A stretch of 64,000 nucleotides of DNA. Source: Gemmatimonadales bacterium (GTDB lineage Bacteria; Gemmatimonadota; Gemmatimonadetes; Gemmatimonadales; GWC2-71-9). The notes below the pieces were generated by a model. It ran no database searches and was not told where the DNA came from. It was given only the letters and a program-made list of their open reading frames with translations. The stretch spans positions 173,025 through 237,024 of the forward strand of contig JBFJCP010000002.1 of the NCBI GenBank assembly GCA_041615815.1. Direction: 5' to 3'. A program made the position numbers and the translations under genes. Of this stretch, positions 10,151 through 17,693 are shown piece after piece (the first letter of the stretch is position 1; every line of letters starts with the position of its first letter).

Positions 10151-11260
10151 CTAGCGTTCTTCCGTCTTCCAGAACGCGATCCCCCCCGCCTGCTGTCCCA
10201 CCTCGACCGATGCTACGAGCGTCAACGTGCCCACGTCGACGACGTCGACCTTCCCGGGTTGGGCCCCCACGTTCTCCACAGTGACAAAAGCGTAGCGGCC
10301 GTCCGGTGACACGACGACGCCGTGCGTCACCGTGCCGGTGGACGGCACAACGGCGCGACTCCGGCCGGATGCGAGATCGAAGAACTGTACCGCCCCACCC
10401 TGCTTGAGGGTGACGATGAGCGTGTTCCCATCTGGCGTTACCGCCAGGTTGTAGGGGCCGCGGCCGGTGGGGAACCGCCGGAGGAGCGTCCAGCGATCGA
10501 CGGCGACTTCGAGGATCTCGTCGCTCTTGTTGCACGCCACGTAGATGCGGTCACCGGATGGGAGCGGTGCGGCCCATGTGGGGCCGCAGGCAGCTGCGGC
10601 GCCCCGGCGACTCGACCCGTGCGTCGCCGCGGCAACACCGCGCTCTTGCCCAGGTACGACCGTGAAGCGGCGAGACACTTGAAACGTGCGGGTGTCGAGC
10701 TCCACCACCTCGTCGTCTCTGACACAAGCGGAATACGCGACGAGACCGTTCGGGTGGATACGCATACCATGCGGCTGGGTGCACGTCGTCGTCTGCGCGA
10801 CCTCCACCATCTCCGGTGTGAACACCACCGAAATGGTGGATGGCTCGGGAGCGCCGTGGAGATTGAAGTTGGCCACGAATGCGTAGAGGCCATCGGGTGT
10901 CAGGTCCAGCGTGGCGGGAAAGCGACCGAGGAAGGTGGAGGTTCCCACGGCGGTGTCGGGACCGGTAGCGATTTTCCAAAACTTGCCGTCCGGAATCCCG
11001 TGACCGGTCGTCATGTAAAGGAAACGCCCATCGGGCGAGGTCCGGAGTCCGTGGGGTCCTTCGGTTTCTGAAAAGAACTCGCCAACCTCGGTAGTGCGCT
11101 CCACAGTGGCATCCCCCGACCCAAACCGGACACGGTGTAAGAGATCGGCGGATTCGGCAGCCACATAGACCCAGTAGGACCGAGACGTCCGCTGGGCTGG
11201 TACGTCCGCGGCTGTCGAGCAGATCAACAATCCCAGCAGAAGACCGTTGCGGAGCCACAC
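10151..11260 (-). CDS. YncE/YVTN-type beta-propeller secreted protein
   Basis: Repeats 'GPHGLRTSPDGRFLY', 'GPYNLAVTPDG' and 'THGVVVSPDGRYAFV'; signal peptide. Confidence 0.85.
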   Translation of the reverse strand: MWLRNGLLLGLLICSTAADVPAQRTSRSYWVYVAAESADLLHRVRFGSGDATVERTTEVGEFFSETEGPHGLRTSPDGRFLYMTTGHGIPDGKFWKIATGPDTAVGTSTFLGRFPATLDLTPDGLYAFVANFNLHGAPEPSTISVVFTPEMVEVAQTTTCTQPHGMRIHPNGLVAYSACVRDDEVVELDTRTFQVSRRFTVVPGQERGVAAATHGSSRRGAAAACGPTWAAPLPSGDRIYVACNKSDEILEVAVDRWTLLRRFPTGRGPYNLAVTPDGNTLIVTLKQGGAVQFFDLASGRSRAVVPSTGTVTHGVVVSPDGRYAFVTVENVGAQPGKVDVVDVGTLTLVASVEVGQQAGGIAFWKTEER

Positions 11261-11266
11261 GGCGCG

Positions 11267-11797
11267 CTAATCCTCCTCGTCCAATTCGTCGGGCGCCGCC
11301 CGCAAGTACACGATGTAGTCCAACCCCGGCGGTTCCAGATCGATGCCCCGCAGCGTCGCGAGAATCTGGGCTCGGTGATGGGTGGAGTGGTTGAGCACGT
11401 GGGCCACGATCTGGATGAGTGTGTGTTGGTACCGCTCGCCCCGGGTATTCTGGTAGGATACGATCCGCGCGAAATCCATCGGGGTGAGAGACTCGAGGTA
11501 TGTCTCCCAGCTCCCGCGAGCACGGTCGAGTAACGGCGGCAACTCAGACAGCGAGCGGGTGCCCCAGACCGGCTGCATCTTCTCCCCGGAATCGCGGATG
11601 CGTCCCAACCAGAGCAGCTCACTCGCCAAGAGATGGCCAAACAAGCGGTGGGCGCGGTCGAGCCCAGCCTGCACTGACAAACTGCGCCCCCCCGCTTGCC
11701 CTTTGAGAAAGCTCAGCAACATGCGATTGGCCCACCAGTCATGGCGGAAACGTTCCAGGAAATGGTTGCGAAACAGACCGAGGTCCTGTTCGCTCAT
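11267..11797 (-). CDS. DinB/YfiT-family protein
   Basis: 'HDWWANRMLL', 'HLLASELLW' and 'HVLNHSTHHRAQI' DinB motifs. True start is likely ATG 11797; the longer ORF extension overlaps the structured RNA. Confidence 0.88.
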   Translation of the reverse strand: MSEQDLGLFRNHFLERFRHDWWANRMLLSFLKGQAGGRSLSVQAGLDRAHRLFGHLLASELLWLGRIRDSGEKMQPVWGTRSLSELPPLLDRARGSWETYLESLTPMDFARIVSYQNTRGERYQHTLIQIVAHVLNHSTHHRAQILATLRGIDLEPPGLDYIVYLRAAPDELDEED

Positions 11798-11835
11798 CGG
11801 CGTAACCCCCAGGCGAACGTCGCCACAGAAGACTA

Positions 11836-12528
11836 GGGGAACACGGGACCGTTGGCCAGCGTCCCTCGCTCCTTCCGGGCACTCCAAGTTGACCCGTACT
11901 TGACCGGGCCTCACTACTCATTCTCGAGAGAACCTCCCCCACCCCGGGAACGCAAACGACGAGGTGATCACTGCCCGAGCCCTCCGTTTGTGCTCAGGCG
12001 TTGGATCGGTCGCGCCGGTCGCCGACCGGTGCTCGAGACGTCGAGCTCGTGGCGGTTGCCACGCGGCGTCGCGGCGTCGTCTTTGCTCCGCGCGGTTGTG
12101 GCCAGGGAACGGACGCGAAGGTGGCGGACGGCCACTTGGCCCGCGACGCGCATTCCGATTGCCGACGTGGTTAAGTCCCAAGCCGTGCAGATCCGTGCGT
12201 TCGTGACCGTCGTCATCGCCGGAGGACTGCTCGCTCCGCTACCGGATCCGGCTCCGGATTACCTCTCCGGTGTCGAGAAACCGACGTTACACCGAAGGCC
12301 AGCCGAAGCAACCGACGAACGTGCGCGTCCGAGTCGCCTACGGGTGCCAAGCGCCGTGCAGCTCGACTCGTTGCCGCTCGCGGAGCTTCACCGTTTCGGG
12401 ATCGTGATGCGACCGGAAACATGCCAGCGACGCGGGGCGGCGCCACACGTTTATTGCTAACGCTTCCTCGGCCCCAAGGCAGGTCCTGACGGCCACTTAC
12501 CCGATCCCTGCCGTGTTGCGGGTCCCCC
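11836..12528 (-). ncRNA. Candidate large (~690 nt) highly structured non-coding RNA, class not recognised
   Basis: No credible CDS. 5' end GGGG..AACAC..GGGAUCG..UGGCCG pairs with 3' end UGGCCA.CGGUCCC-GUGUU-CCCC. Many internal stems, GCAA/UUCG loops, two apparent pseudoknots, and a TACACT -10 box just upstream (12532-12537). Confidence 0.6.
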
Positions 12529-12667
12529 ACGAGTGTAGTAACCGAAGTGAGGACCGCCGGAGACGTGGAACCGCCGCGACATCGCAAACCGCCTATTTCT
12601 CTCGCAGAATCCCGTCAAATCAGGGTCGAATCACGGCACAAGGGTTGCACCAGCAATCCACAGCGTC

Positions 12668-12755
12668 CCGCTCGGACGCTCGCCGAAGCGAGCCCTCGGT
12701 CGTGTAGGCGTGCGGCGGGTACGCCCAGTCCCGCGCGTCGTGCGCGCCCGAGCGG
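12668..12755 (+). promoter_or_regulatory. Four-way-junction RNA structure in the leader of the coiled-coil/HhH gene
   Basis: Closing stem CCGCUCGG/CCGAGCGG encloses three hairpins (12678-12693, 12707-12725, 12732-12746). G-U pairs favour the + strand. Confidence 0.4.
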
Positions 12756-12836
12756 TGAACAGTCGGTTCCGTCCGAGCACCGAACGTCTGGTGTCGCCGG
12801 AAGCCCCCGGAAGCAAGCGGGGGCGGGAGTCGTATC

Positions 12837-13751
12837 ATGTGGTATCTCATCGGAGAAATCCTCGCCGCGCTCGTCTTCGGGCTCCTGATTGGGGCAGCCA
12901 TTGGCTGGGTATTCCGCGATCAGCGGGCCAAGAAGGATCTGAACGAGCTCAACACGTACTGGCTCACGACCAAACGGCGGTTGGAATCCCGCCTCACGGA
13001 GTTTCGTGAGCACCTGCAGCAGGCCGATCAGCGGCACTCACACTTGGAGCGCACGCTGGACGAGAAGCTGTCGGCCCTCAAGCGGGTCGCCGGCGACCTT
13101 GGCACCGCGGAAAGGCAGGTGACCGACCTCGAGTCACAGGTCGTGGTGCTGCAGTTGGAGCATCGTGCCTTGGCCAGGCATCTCGAAGCGACGGGTGGCC
13201 GCGGCCGCGAGTTGGAGGAGGCGCTCCAGATGGCCCAACAACGCGTGGCGGAGTACGAGCCCCTGGTGGCCGAGTGCACCGAGCGCGAGGCCAGGATCGA
13301 GGAGCTCTCATCGTTGGTCGCATCCGCCGATACCCGCATTGCTCAGATCGAGACTGAGTATCAGTCCGAGATGGAGCAAGTCGAAGCGACGCATCGGCGA
13401 GAACTCGAGGCCAAAGACAAGCGCATCGAGCGGTTGCAGGCCGAGCTGCAGCAGATCAAAGAGGCCGTGGGCGCCGGTACCAGCGGCGGCAATGGCCGAA
13501 ACGGCAGGAACGGCAGACGGAGCGGCAATCGTATCGCCGCGTCTCCGGACAACCTGCAGCAGATCCGTGGCATCGGCCAGGGCATCGAGAAGGTGCTCAA
13601 CCGGATGGGTATCCACACCTTCGAGCAGATCGCCGACTGGAGCCCCGAAGAGATGGAACGGGTCTCCGAAGAGTTGGGGCCGCTCCAGAACCGCATCAAC
13701 CGCGACCGCTGGGTGGCGCAGGCTCGGAAACTGGCCAAGACGAAGGCGTAG
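12837..13751 (+). CDS. Membrane-anchored coiled-coil protein with C-terminal helix-hairpin-helix domain (COG3743-like)
   Basis: N-terminal TM helix, long heptad-rich region, C-terminal 'DNLQQIRGIGQGIEKVLNRMGIHTFEQIADW...RINRDRWVAQA'. Confidence 0.85.
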   Translation: MWYLIGEILAALVFGLLIGAAIGWVFRDQRAKKDLNELNTYWLTTKRRLESRLTEFREHLQQADQRHSHLERTLDEKLSALKRVAGDLGTAERQVTDLESQVVVLQLEHRALARHLEATGGRGRELEEALQMAQQRVAEYEPLVAECTEREARIEELSSLVASADTRIAQIETEYQSEMEQVEATHRRELEAKDKRIERLQAELQQIKEAVGAGTSGGNGRNGRNGRRSGNRIAASPDNLQQIRGIGQGIEKVLNRMGIHTFEQIADWSPEEMERVSEELGPLQNRINRDRWVAQARKLAKTKA

Positions 13752-13775
13752 TCAGTCCAGCGATACCAGACACAG

Positions 13776-13806
13776 AAAGCCCGCTCCAACACGGAGCGGG
13801 CTTTTT
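13776..13806. terminator. Intrinsic terminator, probably bidirectional
   Basis: AAAGCCCGCTCC-aacac-GGAGCGGGCTTT followed by further T residues, between convergent genes. Confidence 0.85.
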
Positions 13807-13818
13807 GCGTCGCATGGC

Positions 13819-14988
13819 TCATCCCACGAACTCTCGGAGAACCGTGAGCAACCGCTCGGCATCGGATTGCTCGTTGTAGACGTGTGGCGAAACGCGGATG
13901 GCGTCGCCACGGACGCTCACGAACACCTGCTTCTCCATGAGGCGTTGCGGTAGCGCTCCGGGAATTCCGTGCGGAAGCCGCACACCGAGCATGTGGCCAA
14001 CGCGATGACTCGACGGAAGTACCGCACATCCCACTGCTTCGGCCTCCGCTGCCACAAAATCTGTGAATCGGCGCAGCGTTGCGGCAACCCGCTCGACCCC
14101 CCATTCCAGAAGCTGCAAAAGGGCTGTGCAAGCCATGGGCGCGAGAACAAACTGTGGGTATTCGCCCATATCGAAGCGCCGCGCACCCGGCCGGTAGGTG
14201 TCCACGTAATCCACGAGGCCGGCGAAATCCTCGGCACCGGCCCGCGTCAACCACGACGCCTCCAAGGGTTGTCCCACCTCGCGCCATTTGGGGCTGGCGT
14301 AGAGGTAACCGAGACCGTACGGACCGAGCTGCCACTTGTATCCCACGGACACCAAGAAGTCCGGCTGCACGGCGGCGACATCGAGGGGATAGGCACCCAG
14401 CGATTGGCTCGCGTCCACGACCAGGGCCGCCCCCACGGCACGGGCGTGCGCTCCGACCTTCACGAGATCGACGAGCGCGCCGTCCGTCCAATGGCAATTC
14501 GGGACCGCAACGACCGCGGTCTCCTCATCGATGGCGTCGAGAACGGCGTGCGTCCATGCATCGGATGGTGTCTTTCGCACGGTACGCACGGTAGCGCCGC
14601 ATGCATGGGCTCGCTCACGCCAGGCGTAGACGTTGGACGGGAATTGTTCGCTCAGCATCACCACGTTTTGCCCCCGATAGAGCGGGACGTTCGCCGCGGC
14701 GACGGCGACGCCGTAACTCACCGCGGGGACGAGGGCAATGCCGTCGGTATCAGCGCCCATGAGCCGCGCCGCCGCGGCTCTCAGCGCTTCGGCCTCCGTG
14801 AACCAATCCGGCGCTCGCGTCTTCCACGGGGCCTTCTTCCGCGTGACGGCGGCGAGGCCGGCGACCGTCACGGCGCGAAGCTGGGGTGACATGTTGGCGC
14901 AGTTAAGGAATGCCACGCCCCGCGGAAGATCGAAGAGGGCGCGTTGTGGAGGGAGGGAGTCTGGCACTTTACTGGCTATATCACTCAT
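13819..14988 (-). CDS. PLP-dependent aminotransferase class V (cysteine desulfurase/lyase-like superfamily)
   Basis: 'FLNCANMSP', 'LVVDASQSLG', 'GYKWQLGPYGLG' (PLP Lys) and 'IRVSPHVYN'. Confidence 0.9.
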   Translation of the reverse strand: MSDIASKVPDSLPPQRALFDLPRGVAFLNCANMSPQLRAVTVAGLAAVTRKKAPWKTRAPDWFTEAEALRAAAARLMGADTDGIALVPAVSYGVAVAAANVPLYRGQNVVMLSEQFPSNVYAWRERAHACGATVRTVRKTPSDAWTHAVLDAIDEETAVVAVPNCHWTDGALVDLVKVGAHARAVGAALVVDASQSLGAYPLDVAAVQPDFLVSVGYKWQLGPYGLGYLYASPKWREVGQPLEASWLTRAGAEDFAGLVDYVDTYRPGARRFDMGEYPQFVLAPMACTALLQLLEWGVERVAATLRRFTDFVAAEAEAVGCAVLPSSHRVGHMLGVRLPHGIPGALPQRLMEKQVFVSVRGDAIRVSPHVYNEQSDAERLLTVLREFVG

Positions 14989-15035
14989 GCCAGTTTATGA
15001 TACACGAGCCTACTTTACTAGTCAAGAGATAAAAG

Positions 15036-15689
15036 ATGGTAAAGCCAAATGGCGTTCCGGCCCTTTCCCTCGACCCCGGCGACTACGGTGGCACGTACAA
15101 GCTCATCGGTGGCCGCGTAAGCTTGGACTTCGTCAACACGGTGAGCTATCCCGGCACCGACCACCCACACGATTGGCTCGATCGGCCGGCCAACGTGCTG
15201 GCCTGGGCTCTCGCCGTCGATCTCATCGATCAGACTACCGCGCGGTCGTTGGCCCGTCGGACGGCAGCCCATCCGCGAAGCACAGCTCATGCGCTCGAAC
15301 GGATTCGCCAACGGCGCGCGACGATCACTGCGGCCTTGTCACCACTCGCGCGCGGTAAACTCCCGGCTCGGGACGACGTGGATGCGCTCAACCAGCTCCT
15401 GATCGCCGCGCGCGGACAACACGTCATCGATCCCGCCACACTCGAGTGGTGCTGGGAGCCGCCTCAGCGGCTCGATGACATCGTTCGACCCGTGATCCTC
15501 GACACCGCAGACGTTTTGACTTCCGGCGACCACTCCCGTATCCATCACTGCCCCGCGTGTCAGTGGCTGTTTTATGACGGTACCCGCAACCGCAGTCGCC
15601 GCTGGTGCGCGATGGCCGACTGCGGTAGCCGCGACAAGGCACTCCGTTATTATCACCGCCACCGGCGGCAACGCCACGCGGGCGAATGA
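15036..15689 (+). CDS. ABATE domain / CGNR zinc-finger protein
   Basis: 'SLDFVNT' and 'CPACQWLFYDGTRNRSRRWCAMADCGSRDK'. Confidence 0.92.
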   Translation: MVKPNGVPALSLDPGDYGGTYKLIGGRVSLDFVNTVSYPGTDHPHDWLDRPANVLAWALAVDLIDQTTARSLARRTAAHPRSTAHALERIRQRRATITAALSPLARGKLPARDDVDALNQLLIAARGQHVIDPATLEWCWEPPQRLDDIVRPVILDTADVLTSGDHSRIHHCPACQWLFYDGTRNRSRRWCAMADCGSRDKALRYYHRHRRQRHAGE

Positions 15690-15768
15690 GCCTCGCTCGC
15701 CAGCGGTCGGAGTCGGACGCGAGCGGAGAACGCGTTGAAACCACCATTACTGTCGAGGTCAGCAACGT

Positions 15769-16170
15769 ATGCAAGTGGTCGGCATTGTGACGCTCGTCGT
15801 CCGCGACTACGATGAAGCAATCCAGTATTTCACGCAGAAGCTCGGATTTGCCCTGCTGGAGGACACGCCACGCGAAGGAGACAAGCGGTGGGTTGTGGTG
15901 GCGCCGCCGACCTCGCAAGGGGCTGGCCTCCTGTTGGCGCGGGCGGCCACGCCCGAACAGGAAGCCTGCGTCGGCCGTCAGACCGGCGGACGTGTCTTTC
16001 TGTTTCTCCACACGGACGACTTCGCCGCGGACTATCAGGCGATGCAGGCGAGGGGCGTGCGGTTCGTGGAGGCACCCCGCAACGAGGCGTATGGTACGGT
16101 TGTCGTTTTCGAGGACCTGTACGGCAATCGGTGGGACCTGCTGCAGCCGCTGGTGGACCCCGTGCGCTGA
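15769..16170 (+). CDS. VOC/glyoxalase-family protein
   Basis: 'VRDYDEAIQYFTQKLGF...YGTVVVFEDLYGNRWDL'. Confidence 0.92.
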   Translation: MQVVGIVTLVVRDYDEAIQYFTQKLGFALLEDTPREGDKRWVVVAPPTSQGAGLLLARAATPEQEACVGRQTGGRVFLFLHTDDFAADYQAMQARGVRFVEAPRNEAYGTVVVFEDLYGNRWDLLQPLVDPVR

Positions 16171-16337
16171 CTGGCAATCGCCCCCTCCTCAAGCACGGCT
16201 CGGCTATTCAGCGCCTTCGCCCGACGTGCCCCAGGCCACCACGACAATGCATGCCCCGCTCAGGGGCAGCAAAGTGCGCGCCCCAGGCGGAGCGGGCGTC
16301 ATCGTGGCCTCATACCCTCAAACCTACCACCCGCCTC

Positions 16338-17396
16338 CTAGCTCTGCCTGCACCAATTCCCAAGCTCTCGCTTCACCCTTCGCTCATCATTGATGATCTC
16401 ATAAAACTCGTCGTAGTACGCCAGCGACCGCTCGAGCACCGCCGGTTCGAGCTCTTTCTGCTGTCGGTACAGATCGTAGATTGCCTCACGAAGTTCGTTG
16501 AAGACCTTAAACGCTCCCGGAAGAAACTCCTCGAAGACGCAGAGCCCACGATACCGACGGTCGCGTACCGTCCAGATCCCCAGTTGCTTCCGCCGGTGCG
16601 GCTGATAGACGCTGTTGGCGTAGCGGGTTTCGATGACGCCTGCGAGATCGAAATCGTACGGCACCGCGTAGACGGGCCCGTCCATCGTGCCAAGGGGCTT
16701 CGTGTTGTGACAACACGTTCGTCGGTCTTCTTCCCGGACGAATGCGGACCAGTCGGTGTTGCCAATCATGAACTGGAAAACGCTGAGGAGGGCGATCTGC
16801 TCCGGATCGGCAAACTCGGGGGGCAGGGACGGAATCGCCAAGGATTCGAGCCCGTGTCTCGTAGCCAACATATCGTCGTCCTCAATCACAAACGCAAAGC
16901 GCGTAATCGGATCTCGGTCGCTCTCGGTATTTACATATGTGACGTGGAGGAGACGAACGCGGAAACTCACGTCATGCAGGAGATTGTAGGCCCGATAGAG
17001 CAAATACTCTTGCAGCACATACTGCTCGTACTCACGCCGTCCATCCCGGCAGTGTGTGACCAGCTTGAGCTTGTCCTGTCCGGCGAAGATCGTCCCCTCC
17101 ACCTGACCCTTTCTCAGGTTCAGCCTGATCGGGGGGAACCCGCAGACGTTGCGCTGAAGTCGGGTGGTACCCCTCGTGCGGACTTTGACGTCAAACGTGT
17201 CTGGATTATCGCCGAGGGTGAGGATCACTCGCGCCGGATGCTCCGAACTCTCCTGGCTTCGATCGCGGAAGATGGTCTTGAGCGGTGCCTCGAGGACGAG
17301 CTGGATGGGGCGGGTGGCAGCAAACAGCGGTGACGGCGGGTCCTCTGGCGGAGCGGACCACAGGAAAACTGCTGCGAGCGGGAAGGCAAGTTGCAT
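16338..17396 (-). CDS. Secreted hypothetical protein with CotH/atypical-kinase-like motifs
   Basis: Signal peptide; 'KLKLVTHC', 'EYLLYRAYN', 'FQFMIGNTDWS', 'HNTK' and 'VPYDFDLAG'. Confidence 0.7.
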   Translation of the reverse strand: MQLAFPLAAVFLWSAPPEDPPSPLFAATRPIQLVLEAPLKTIFRDRSQESSEHPARVILTLGDNPDTFDVKVRTRGTTRLQRNVCGFPPIRLNLRKGQVEGTIFAGQDKLKLVTHCRDGRREYEQYVLQEYLLYRAYNLLHDVSFRVRLLHVTYVNTESDRDPITRFAFVIEDDDMLATRHGLESLAIPSLPPEFADPEQIALLSVFQFMIGNTDWSAFVREEDRRTCCHNTKPLGTMDGPVYAVPYDFDLAGVIETRYANSVYQPHRRKQLGIWTVRDRRYRGLCVFEEFLPGAFKVFNELREAIYDLYRQQKELEPAVLERSLAYYDEFYEIINDERRVKRELGNWCRQS

Positions 17397-17693
17397 ACTC
17401 CCCCCCGGCGCTGAACAAGCCACCCACTTCCTGCTGCTGCAATCTATCTCACCGGCGACCTGGGAGCCAGATCGACCAGTGGATCGTCGTGCGCGCGTCG
17501 CCCCTTGCTCAATCCGCCACCGGGGCCTGCGCCGTATCTGGAGTTGGGGCGGTGCCGTTAGGATGCCGTAAGGCTAATAGATAGTGGAGGTTAAGAGCTA
17601 GAGGCAGGAGGTGGGTGTCGCTGCGTGCTTGCAGCTGCGGCGACCCGCCGGGTCGCGCCGCCGATGTCCACCCCTCTCGTGCCCTCAAACCTG

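Noticed and set aside
12470..12500. 'GUCAGGACCUGCC' resembling a cobalamin riboswitch B12 box
   Set aside because: The upstream conserved core (GGGAA...GGUG.AA.UCC...ACUG) is absent.
11852..12587. Short ORFs (202, 87, 82, 80 and 124 aa) across the large RNA candidate
   Set aside because: Arg/Pro/Ala-rich, with no recognisable motifs or good RBS; typical of GC-rich shadow frames.
12668..12755. tRNA or tRNA-Sec
   Set aside because: No GTTCRA T-loop, no 7-nt anticodon loop and no CCA end.
13819..14988. Selenocysteine lyase linked to the selenoprotein
   Set aside because: No SufS/IscS-type catalytic Cys motif is seen and the gene is 27 kb away; it is a generic class V enzyme.
15888..17333. Long antisense/shadow ORFs (e.g. 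481 aa here, 402 aa at 1041-2249, 521 aa at 53926-55491)
   Set aside because: They overlap well-supported genes on the opposite strand and have no motifs; expected in high-GC DNA.
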